64,000 nt of DNA. It comes from Stylophora pistillata. Taxonomy: Eukaryota. Every line of letters starts with the position of its first letter. Positions within the stretch are counted from its first letter, which is position 1. Below, piece after piece: positions 38,101-50,100 of this stretch. A program made the translations under genes and the position numbers. The stretch covers positions 14,012 to 78,011 of the forward strand of contig NW_019218054.1 of NCBI RefSeq assembly GCF_002571385.2, written 5' to 3'. Under the pieces are notes generated by a model, which worked only from the letters and a program-made list of their open reading frames with translations, made no database searches and was not told the DNA's origin.

Positions 38101-41100
38101 TGCTGAACAGATGGAGGGTGTTTCGTGCTCCAATTCTCTTGTCTCCGGACACAGTCGTCGACTTGATTTTGGTAGCACTAGTGCTGCATAATTTTCTAAG
38201 GTAGGGCTATAAAATCAAGTGGTACAAACCATTATTCCTTCGTTGTGAATATCGGTAGCTAAAAATGAAAACAACTTAATGCTACCCAAAATAGCATTTA
38301 TAAACAGTGTATCAGTTTGCATTCATCTACTCTACCTAAAAGCAATAAGTACTATACCTAAAAACAATATGTTGTTTTTCTAGATGACCAGTATGTAGAA
38401 TCACAAGCTTTAAATGAAAGCCGCGACTCCACTGTATTAATCTGATGCAAAAAAAGGATTTTACTTGCACTTGGTGGCATCAAATCTCTTGCCACGCAGA
38501 CATTCAATTCAATCTAGACCCAATCATGCAGACTTCATCCTTGTGCAGTCTGGTTTTATCACACACACCATTTTTGTTATTTCTTAAAGCCTGCATTAAC
38601 ACGATTATCATTCCCTGCTAGCAGAGGCTCTTTTCCAGGAAAAAAGCCTCTACTAGCAGGGAAGATCATCGGATTTAGTTGACAAACAAAGAATCATGAG
38701 TGCTCCCTTACCTAAATATATCCTGGGGGATACTCAAAGTATACATGAAGGAGGGGTCTGACTTTTTTGGGGTGTTGAAAATTTACATTTTCAGTATTTT
38801 TGTTGGCTGAAGAGAACTGTCGCGTAATTTTTTAGATCCTAAAAAAATGTGTATTTTTTTGGGTCACATCTCTAAGAGAACTTTTCGTTGCGATCAGTGG
38901 ATCACAATAATATTCGTTTGAACTTTTTTTCAGCGACATTAACAGACATACCAATTTAATTAGCCTATTGATGCATAATCATGGATTAAATAGTTCTGTT
39001 TGAAAGTATAAATCAGTATTGAGGTATTTAAGTCTTGTATTTTTTGGGGTAGGATACTTTGATGCCAGGTATTTTTTTGGGTCTAAAATTTCAGTTTCAC
39101 GTATTTTTTTGGCTTTGCAATATGAATACTTCAAGAGTCCATTTTTTTAATTAACAGTAACTTATTACAAATAAGACCTTAAGGTCCTTATAAGCGTGTA
39201 CCTTTTCAATAAGGTACTTACTGAAATAGTGTAATCTTTATGCAAGAGTGTAGATTTGAAACTTTGTCTTACAGGAAATGGACTTTACATCATGCTATTT
39301 ATAAAGTTATTAAGATATAATAAATATGAGTATGGTCTGATAAAAAACCATAATGATTTATTTAAATAACTTTAACTTATTTGAAATGAGATTTTTAAGA
39401 TCCTCAAGTATCAGTGTACCATTTTAAAAAGGTACTTTAATTTTAATGAAATATTATATGTTTGTAAACCATTCATCTTACAAGAAATGGACATTTACAT
39501 CATTTAAATTATGAAGGAATAATACAAATATGTTTTGATAAAATGTCAGTAATAGCTTTATTACTAGAAATGACTTCATTTTGAAGGGTAATTTTAAATA
39601 AGATTTGCCAGCACATTTCCATTTCTTCAGTACTTAAATTTCTGGCTTATTAGCTACATGTAGGATACTAAACTTTGAAAACCTACTTAACAGACCCACA
39701 GGGATTGCTAAATTACTCTTACAACAGATGTTAACCTCCACGTTAATTCGTCCCAGGCAGTGCTGAAAAATTAAATTGACTGCAAAAGGTTAAAATTGAC
39801 AGTGGAGAAAATTGAAATTCAGTGACCACAGAAGGTTGAAATTTAGTGATTTTTTTCATATTTTGACAACTTAAAGGTAAATGAAAAAAATTTAAAGTAT
39901 TTGCAGGCTTGAAAGGCACAAAATAACATTTGAAATTAGGTTATAAATGTGTTACAAATGTATAATCAGGTTATAAAGGTGTAGTGTCAATGTAAATAAG
40001 TCCAGTTTAAGGTGTCTTTGTTGAAATTGAATGCTGATCGATGCTTGTGGGTTGTCTAAGAGGTCTGTAGACTGAGAACTGCTCGCAGATACAGGTGTGG
40101 ATTGTGGTGCAAAGCATACCATTTCCAAATCAAAAATAACATCGTTGATTCTTTTCTTAGCAATAGCCAGGTGGCGACCAATTAAACTGTCGTAATGAAG
40201 ACTCCAACGATTTTACAAAGGTACTGATGGAATCGTTACGATTTTCCACATTTGGCTGACCAATTGCAAGTGGCAGAGGGGTCTGCAGGCACTTAATAGC
40301 TTCTTTGTAAAGATCCAGTTTTACCTTATACAATAATAATAACAGTGATTGACAATTACTTACGAAAGTGACGGTGAATAGTGAACATCACTCTGCCTCG
40401 ATGCGTCACAAAAGTACAATAAATGAAACGCGTATAGCTACCTCTTCAATATCTTTCGCCTTCTCAGCTTTAATTTTCTTTGCCGGTCTCTCATTTTCCG
40501 TAGGATCAAGTGTTGAAATAGCAGGGTCGACGTCGTCACTCCCCTTGATAAACATCAAAGATTTCAAATATCTCCACTGCGATGTGTATACGCCGACCCT
40601 ACCGGTTCCACTGACCTTGCTGTCTTCTTTTTTAACCTCTCGGCTAAAAAAGGTCTTGAGCACATTCCACCGACTTTTAATGTCATCGTGGCTTCTACCA
40701 GAGAGAAGGTCGGATAGCTTTGTGTAGCTTAGTTCCTTCAAGTCTCTGTCCCGGTAGGATGAGAGGCTGTGATTCCATAGGATGTCATTTTGTTGATAGT
40801 ACTCTATCAACTGCTCTGTCTCGTTCTCCGTCCACTCATTTTCTTCTTTTGCCGCCCTTAGCGAAGGAAGAACGTCTTCTTTCATGTAACTTAACGAGTC
40901 GAAGAACTTCCACCTGGACTTCTGCCGGTCACTTTCCTTCTTAATTTCCCGTGCCAAGGCAGTCCGCACAGTATGAAGTTGTCGTTTTAGGTAACCTGGC
41001 GATAAGTTATACTTTTCTGACAGTTCCTCTAAGCCTTTCTCCTTTTGCTGCTTGTTTTGCTGCTTGTTTTTTGAATGGACATACGATGTGTCCCACATAC

Positions 41101-44100
41101 TACGATAACCCTCCAGGTCTTTGTATAGGGAAAATGTTTGGCTCTCGGAAAGTTTCTAGTCTACTTCAACAGCCTCAAGCTCATCTCCGTCCGCCATATT
41201 TGTTTTAAATTTGCCGCGTCGCCGCGCTTTGCGACAGCCAATCACAGGCGTCAAATTCAAATTTGTTGCAAGGCAAGTTGAAGCAAAACTAAAATTTGTT
41301 GCAGAAAGAAGAACTCGAGTCTACTTTGCGTAACACGTTGCCTCAACTTGCAACACTATATTTTGTTGCAAGACAAGTTGGCCACAAACGTGGTAATACG
41401 CGCAACAAAGGGTTTCAACGTGCAATGCAACAATGTTGCAAGACAAGTTGAAGAAAAATGTTGCCCGTATTACAGGACCTTAATTCTTAGAGAAAGATTT
41501 TCTGATTCAGCCACTTACCTTTTTGCTTTCTTTCCCAAACTCAGGAATTTCTGTAAAACGTAACAACAGGAAAAAAAATCGTCATGATTTTTTGAATAAG
41601 TGCACTAACATCAATCTGGAATTTTTGACTGCTCAGCACTAGAAAGGATACTCTGACCGAAAAATTATAATTTTAATTTTCTCTTTTTCAAGTTGCTTCT
41701 TTTGATACCTGTTACACAATTAAAATAAAAACCTCAACTGAGTTCAATGCAGGCTAAATCCAAATAGTTATGTTTGTGCTATGGGTACTAAAAATTAAAA
41801 ATAAATCGAAATCCAATCGGGTGTTTAAAATCCATCCGGGATTCCATCTGTTTTTTGCCGTTCTTCCCTATACTATGATTCACTAAGAAAACACTCACAA
41901 CCACTCCCCCACCACGCCTGAAAAAATAACTAGATGCGAAACTAAAGCCAACCATTAATCGGTCACTTGCTTTTAAAGGTGCTTCAAAAGGGCGGTTGTT
42001 TTTTGTTTTTTGTTTTTTGTCTTTTTTTTGGGGGGGGGGGAGGGGGGAAGTGAAATTAAGAAACGCTTTGAATGATTAACCAGACGATTGGCGGTTTACA
42101 ATGAGAAGAGTAAAGCAAATTTATCATCCTGGCCAGCGTGTGATTTCTACGCCACGTTAGCCTCTTACTATGACAGAACGAGGAATCCACCATTTTAAAC
42201 AACACATGACGTGATTTAATCAAAATTTCATACCTCTGATCATTCCTATGTTGTCGTCATCGCCATCATCAAAGTCACGGAGCTGATTTTTGGCAAACAG
42301 TCTGGATTTCCTTCTTCCATTTCTCGATTGCCTTCGATCGTATCCCAGCCGTTTCAGATACATTGCGGGCACCAATCCTTCTCTTCCAAGGTATCTGTCA
42401 AAAAATTATCACTGTTATAATTTTATATAATCCAGGAGACGTGGATAATAAAGGTCGGCTTATAAACATGTTGTATTCTTTAGGAAACAGAATAAGTAAA
42501 TGAATAAATGGGTCCCAAGGAAGCTTGATGAGAACGATTTTTTTGAGCAGAGGGGGAGCCTTAAATAGACTAACGTCTCACCCAGGAGAAATAACAACTT
42601 TCCTGGTCTCTTCGCGCTAAGGAAACTACGACATCCTCCACCAGTACGAGCGATGGTCCAAACAAAGTAAAGTTACACCTTTCATGATGCCAGAGAAATG
42701 TCAAACGGTGTTGTTATAAGGAGAAATCTCTTAGAATTTTCGATTGCCTTCTGGTTGATACCAAAAACATCATGGGCTGAATCAAAATTTCCTTTTTAAT
42801 TTCGCTCCAAGGAAGAGCGGCAATATGACGTAGATTTTCTAGTCTAGATGATGATTCACAACCGGTAACCTCGCCAACGGCTTGGTATCAAGTGATCTGC
42901 ATCGCTAATTGCTGATCGACGGGCTCAGTGTTTCCTTCTGGGTTACACTTTGATGAGTTTTTTTGGATACTGAGCAAAGAGAGAGATCTGATTAATCCGT
43001 TTCTAGGAACTTACGAGGCTTTCCACCATCCGTCATAGTTTTTCTCTAGGATTTGCAGGTTAACTCCAATTTCAAAACTCAGTTCATCATCTTCACTGGC
43101 AACATAACGCTTAGCTGTCACATAGAATTCACCTGCAGAAAAGAGCTGCATTAGCTGACGAGAAGAAGATTTACTCTATCAAAACCTAACATTGTGTAAT
43201 TAATTTGATATCTGGTTGACATTCAAATGATCTCACCTCTTCCAACTTGAAATGTTTGTATATTGCCATATTCTGTCATTTCGTCCGCGGGCTCAAGATA
43301 CAGTGCTGGAGCCCAGCCCACTTCCCCTTCAGACTCGACCAACCACCAGCCTGCACGAGCAATTGGTAAGGCCACAATTAACCACGTTTGATCATTTGTT
43401 GATTGTCTTTTCATTATACGATTAATGTAATTCACCCTCGATAACTTGAGCCTATCCTAAGGAGCCGGTTGTAGAATATCACTGAGGGGAGGGGGGTGGA
43501 GGGTTTTGCTAGTGTCATGATAGAATTTGCCTGATCTCCCATAAGGCTCTCTAATAATCCTATGATGGCCCCTCTTTGGAAGTTAATTGGCAGTCAGTGT
43601 TCTATAGTCTCACCTTTATACTCTGTTGGTGACTACTGAGAGTCCCCTCCGTGTCTCTGAAAACCACGTGATACCCCGCGAAACCCTCCAAACCCCCCAT
43701 CGGAGGGATTGTCCCGGGTTCAAAGCGGTTCTTTTCCCTTTCTTTCGAGGATTGTCGTTACAGTATGAACTCGTACCCCAGGACATTGTTTAACTCTCCA
43801 CAAATCCAATGTGCTGTTTTTAAAAGTTTAATAGCTGCTCTTTCCCGAAGCAAACCTAACAAAGAAGCTCTCTATGTGACAACTGACAGGACCTTTTATT
43901 TGCAAATTTCAGTTGTTTGTTTATTTGTTCGTTTGTCTGTTTTTTTGTTTTTGCTTTTGTGATTCCCGGATACATCGAAGCTTTTCAACAGTTATCCCCA
44001 AAGAGCCAGAGGTTATGTAAGCTACAATGATTGGTAAGTAACAAACATCGGTCATAAATTTTGTTTTTTGTGTACTCACCGCATTCTCTTTTCTCAATGA

Positions 44101-47100
44101 CGTCAACTACTTTTCCTTTCTTCAGGTTAATATCACTCTTAGCCATCTTCTTGTAATCATCCATGACCACAAAGTGTTCCAAAATTATAGGTGAACTGAT
44201 TTTATTACCCCCTGAATGAGAAATTCAGTAGATTCACAAACAAAAAAACTAACTTATAACTGGCAGCAAATAGTTGTGCCTTTTGTCGCAAATACAGGAC
44301 GAAGAGAAAATTCTGAACTTAATTTCCACCCCGAATCGTACCCTAGGCCTTCGGATTTTCCCTCTGGGGTTCGACCACTTAACTGCAGATGACTAGAAAG
44401 GAGACCTAGGAAATTTCTAAGTTCATGTATTTTCGTACGAAATGTTTCGGCCTAGGTAATTGTAAATACAGACAAACGTCTTCCCTGTTACTGAGATATA
44501 AGGTTTCGTTAGACACTCGAGGGTATCCACGTGTATTTTGAGGGACAAAAATTGACAGAAACAATTAAGGCATGACATGTTTAAATCATGAATTCAGGTT
44601 ATTAACAGAGAAACTGCCATTCCAAACATTATTCAACTCAGCCTTACCACCTCCTGCAAAGAACGTTTACAGCGGAATTACCTAATCGGTTATTGTAAAG
44701 TAGCACAAAAGGATTTAAGTCATAATTTATTTTTTCTTGCTATGGACAGAAACAAAACATCACTCACAAATCTTAGTCTTCTTTGTAAACCTTCCTCTCA
44801 CAGTCTGAGTGAAAGTACTACCTCTCCTACCACGGTTAGCTTTCTTGACCTTTATTTTTCTGAGTATTATGAGGGAATAAGATACAAAACAACATTTTTT
44901 AGAATACATTGATAAGTCCTTACGAGTCTCCCCTCTCAGAGAAGAAAACTCTAACACTCTTTTCAATCTTAAGCAGTGTACGTAATGCGGTACGACATTG
45001 ATACTGTTTAACAAATACAAGGATATTCTTTTCCACGAGGGTTTGAGGTTTTCTTTGCATTCTTTTGTCATTGCATATGTTTTGTCCCTTTACTATTCTT
45101 GGAGTTTCTTGATATCATGTTTAAGATAGCTCCATAACAACTTTTCCCAAAAGGCACTTTATACGAAACCGCCTCTACTCTATAAGAAGCCACCTTACCG
45201 TGGTTGGGATATCGGTTCAAGATCTTCTTGTGTGGGTGTTAAAAATTTTATGACGTGCTGTGATTGTGCCACGATGTAATCCATGGCAAGAATATCCTGT
45301 TGAGAAAATATCATTTATTGTTTGTTCTTCATCAATTGTACCAAGGCAGCTTGAAATAGAAATACACCCTTTCAACTAGACAGGGTCCAAAAGCCAGTGT
45401 TCCGTCCACCAAGGGCTTTAGGCCTCTCTTAGATTGTAATGCCTCAAGGTTACTTCCTAGTATGGTTTTAGGGACTGGTCATTATTTTTTGCCTATGGTG
45501 GGGCCGGAGGATTGTGATTGTAACGATGAAATTTACCTGATCCTTTGTATACGAGCCAAGTGGCCCATCAGGCTGGCGCTTAACTCCGGTTTCCGTAGCA
45601 TGGAGTGACTAGAAGTATTTCTACCCCCCCCTCGATGGAATGCCAGTCCAATGCAGGGTACCCATTTAAACACCTAGGTGAAGAGAAGCACTTTAAGAGT
45701 AAAGTGTCTTGTCTAAGAACACATCACAATGTCCCTAGCTAGGGCTCGAACCAGGACCACTCGATCTGGAGTCGAGCGCACTAACCATGAAGCCACCGCG
45801 CCTCGCTGTTTCGTCCTTTATAGTCTAATTCTCACACATCCTTCATCTCCCTTTCCCCCACCCCACCCCCCCTGCAATAAATAATTACTGTTCCTTCATT
45901 TCAGGAAGGGAGAAACGGTAAGATCCAGTAAAAAAATTATGTACCTTGATGAAGAAGCTCACTTGCTCCATTCTTGTAAATATTGACTCACCAACATTGA
46001 TCCTTGATGAGAATGAATCTAAAATAGGTAGGAACAAGCTAAACTTAGCTTCTAAATTTTCTGCGGGCATAGGTCTAAACTCCGCATAACATAGGGATCT
46101 TCTAGATCGCCTAACTTTGGACGAACTTTGCAAAGATCCAGGCGAGCAGGCTTAATCCTTTAGCATATAGCTTCTCCTTGCAACTCCAGTATATGTTATC
46201 TAGTGAACACGTTATCTAGCTTGCAGTAGAGCCGTCTTGTTATGGCGAGTCATCGTTATTAGCTCGTGATCGTTTATCCAAACGCCATGTTTGATCTGGA
46301 GTCAGAGTGGACGGTGAGGTTAGGGGGCGGTTTGCTCCCGCACACCAGCCCGTCTCTTTATTAATGACCATCACCTACTCCCTTGGTACAAATTTCTTTC
46401 TCTTCCAGCCTNTTATCTAGCTTGCAGTACAGCCGTCTTGTTATGACGAGTCAACGTTATTAGCTCGTGATCGTTTATCCAAACGCCATGTTTGATCTGG
46501 AGTCAGAGTGGACGGTGAGGTTAGGGGGCGGTTTGCTCCCGCACACCAGCCCGTCTCTTTATTAATGACCATCACCTACTCCCTTGGTACAAATTTCTTT
46601 CTCTTCCAGCCTCCTGAGAAAATACTGAGTATTCGCTCGCCCAAATTACACCCGCAGAGCAGGATCTTTACTACCCTTTCGAGGTTTTAGTCATATAAAA
46701 CATTAAACTGTCGTATGTACTTTCCGAGGAAATGAATTGCACTAAGTAGACGGAATATCGTAATAAATCTTGAGAGTTGAATGACTAAGAACTCTTGTGT
46801 TTACTTTTATGCAGATGATGTGATCGTCCTGATAGTTCAGACCAGTGGTGGGGCCCTCATTTTGGAATAATCGTGTTCTTTTGGGTCGAGCTGTCTGGGA
46901 AACCGAGGCAGTCATCAGGAAATAAAATGCGTTAGGGAAGAAACCGATTTAGAAAATGTATGGCAACTCAGAAGAAGAATGGCCCCTTGACGAATAGATT
47001 AAATTCAGTCCTCACGTAGTTCTTCAGAGTACGATCGATAAAGTAATAAAATGAAAAAGAAGACTTTCGATTTATGAAGGTTTACACTAAATACTAAGGT

Positions 47101-50100
47101 TTACTGTCTCACCGGGCAGTGGAGTGAAGGCCTGTCTCCTGGAACTTTTTTTGCTAAATGGGCCGGGAAATGCTTGAAATAGCATTGTCTAAAACACCAA
47201 AAGAAATTCAAATCATACATCTAAATCAACAAAAACAACGCAACTACTATTACGATACTTGGTCTATCCTAAATACAGCCCCTCATAAATATTGCGCGAT
47301 AGGGTGACCGGACGAAATTTCCCGAACGAAAAATTTTAAGGGACCGTTCATTTTTTACGAGGTGGGGGGGGTGGGGGTCTGGTGGGATTTTTTTAACTTT
47401 CATTAAAAAGTTGCATGACCCCCCCTCAGTCGTTTTAATTTTTTCCATGATCCCACCAATACAGGTAAATTTTAAGAATAGTAAAACATATCCCATCTTA
47501 AAGCATAACTAAAAAATATTTTACGTGACTCCCCCTTTTTGCCTTATTTTTTTTAGATGGCCCCCCCTTTGAGGCCATTTTTTTTTTTGGTGACACCCCC
47601 AGATCCCACCAGCCCCTCCCCCCCAGCCTTGTAAAAAATGAACGGTCCCTAAGGTTTTTTTGTCTGTGTTATAGGTATTTATACAATAATGCGGAAACAT
47701 TTGCTTTTTGAGTAAGGTAGATATTAATTGCCAATTTTGTGTTGGATCTCTGAAAGGATTGGGAGAAAGCAAACAGGGTAGTTGGTAGATTATTTTTTCC
47801 GCTCGCATTTGCCATCATTGACTTCCTTGACTCATGGTCGACTAAATGCAAATACGGAGTTCATTTTGATCAGCATGGAACATTAGAGAAACATTCAAAT
47901 ATTACAAAAAACCATTTGTATTTTAAGAAATGGAGAAACAAAAGCATGCATTGAACCGTAGACAAGACAAGACAAGAACTAAGCATATAGAAACATGGTA
48001 TTTTTAACGTAAAGAAAATTGGCAGGGCATCTCTGGTCACCAATTATGTTTTCGGATCGAGCCATAATCAAACCAAAAAAGGAGTGTTTAAGAGCTGAAA
48101 AGTTCAACAAAGTATGAAATTGGGTCAGACGTGTTTAGGTCGGTGACGTAAGAAGTTATGATGTCAGCTCAGCAACAGCGTCAGCGAGTTGAATAAAACT
48201 GATTTTTCAAAACAACTTGAACACGTCTCAAAGAAAGTTGTGCTGTGATTGTTTTTCAAGTTTTTGTTGATCCAGTGGCAAATAAATAAGGGTCTGAAAA
48301 GAGAAACTTAACCAAAAAAAGCTACAGAGTTTTTTGGCGTTCCTTCAGTTAATTGTTCAACGAAGTTTTGTTTATCCTAAACACCACCCGTTGCTCAGGA
48401 AGCTCAATGCAAAAGAACGTGATCTGAGTTGTCATTGACAATTCCTGTCCAAAACTCTTGCAGTAATCAATATCCTTAAACACAGCTTTTGGATTTTATC
48501 CTAAGATACGGCTGGCTAAGTCAAAATGACCTAAGGCCATTTGAATGTTTTGAAGTTACACGCGAGAAGGCAACAAGGGCTTTTGTGAAAGCTCAATATT
48601 GCCTGCCCAGTTCACGCAAGCAAAAAAAATCGCTTGAGGCTGGCTTTTGGCATATAGCAAATTTTTTTATCGATCAAGCTTGTTCATTTAAGGCGGTTAA
48701 AATGTGGCCTCGTTCTTTATTTTCGTATTTTGTACCATTTTTCCATCCATTACGGCGTTAAGGTTGACGATAATTCAAGCGACAAAGTCAGCCGATCCAA
48801 AGCGATCATGAATAGTAGGTGCTTGCTCTATTTAAGGAACTCAAGTGTCACCATAAAATGTTTTAAAATTCAAAGACTCTGGGCAGAAGTTATCAATGAA
48901 TATCTTTCGGCCAAAATTTGCTGCAACTGGTCTTCCTGCGAATTTGCGAAACGCGCAACTTGTGAGTTTTTTTTCGGCTTTGTTTTGCCTGCTTTATGGA
49001 TCAGGACCTAAAAGGTCGATGCCGATATTTATAGAGTAGGAAAATTGCACTGCAGCTTAACAGGACGGCAACTCTGCAGCCAGGTAAAAAAAAAAAAAGC
49101 TCATGTCATCTTATTTACACACGGGCGTGCGTAAATAAAGATTTGTCCCTGAGATAGCGGCTCAAAAGGATTTAAGCTTTGATTTTCTCCATTTTTCTCG
49201 TTAATTTTGCGCTTTTCATCCACAGTTATCGGTTAACTGTATCAAATGTTCTCCCTCAAACCAAAGTACAAAAATTGGCGTGTCTTTGACCAACCAATAG
49301 GGACGTTTGTTTACTTTTTTTGTGTGTTGCGAGAATTTTGCATTCTGTCACAATAAAAAATGCTTCTTCGCGCAGACCCTTGTTGTCGCTCAGTTATAAA
49401 AGAATTCGGTTCATGCTTTGACCTGTGCGTACAAATACTTGATTGGCGCTTTGGTCAATGACGCATAGACACGTGAGTTGGTGGTCACGCTATCTCTTTG
49501 ACTAAGAACAACTTGAATGCCCGCTGTCAAAGTTTCTAGGAAGGATCCAAGTGTCTCTCTCTTTAGTTCAATTCAAATTTTTTGCATCAATTGCTCGTGA
49601 AAATAGGAAAACATTCTTAGCAGACTTTTTCTTATTTTCATTACTGTCGTGATTATTTCTTCGGCTGTCAATTGCTTCCCTGCAAATATAAACCCACCAG
49701 GAGTACTACAATATCACAAAGCCCTTCCTATTTGACAGTATATCGTCATTTCCTACCACTGATTATCTGTAAGATAATGCCCTACGACGGTTTCCTTAAG
49801 AAAAGCCTCCAAGAAAGAAAAATAAAACCCATGCTCTATAAGCCTCTAAGTCAGAAAAATAAAACCCATGCACTGTAAGCCTCCAAGAAAGAAAAATAAA
49901 ACCCATGCACTGTAAGCCTCTAAGTCAGAAAAATAAAACCCATGCACTGTAAGCCTCCAAGAAAGAAAAATAAAACCCATGCACTGTAAGCCTCTAAGTC
50001 AGAAAAATAAAACCCATGCACTGTAAAGCCTCTAAGACAGAAAAATAAAAAACTATGCACTGTAAAAGTTGATGGTACACGATCTTCTTGTGCACGAAAG

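Larger units (their letters stand above)
36863..41480. mobile_element. Full-length PIF/Harbinger DNA transposon (4.6 kb) in the last intron of the PX-(SH3)4 gene
   Basis: About 135-bp imperfect TIRs (aggtccggtaatacgggcaacatttttcttcaacttgtc... versus ...gacaagttgaagaaaaatgttgcccgtattacaggacct), TAA target-site duplication at 36860-36862 and 41481-41483, and convergent transposase and MADF genes. Confidence 0.93.

Noticed and set aside
44648-44653. Apparent 6-nt microexon on the minus strand (ctttgcag-GAGGTG-gtaagg)
   Set aside because: After the 44768 donor it creates TGA, and after the 45199 donor it shifts the frame; unsupported without RNA evidence.
46212-46612. Near-identical 200-bp direct repeat
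   Set aside because: The two copies are separated by a single N (46412) and differ at only a few bases; this is typical of overlapping contig ends from two haplotypes, so probably an assembly artefact.
49803-50064. CRISPR-like array
   Set aside because: No unique spacers, eukaryotic context and no cas genes.
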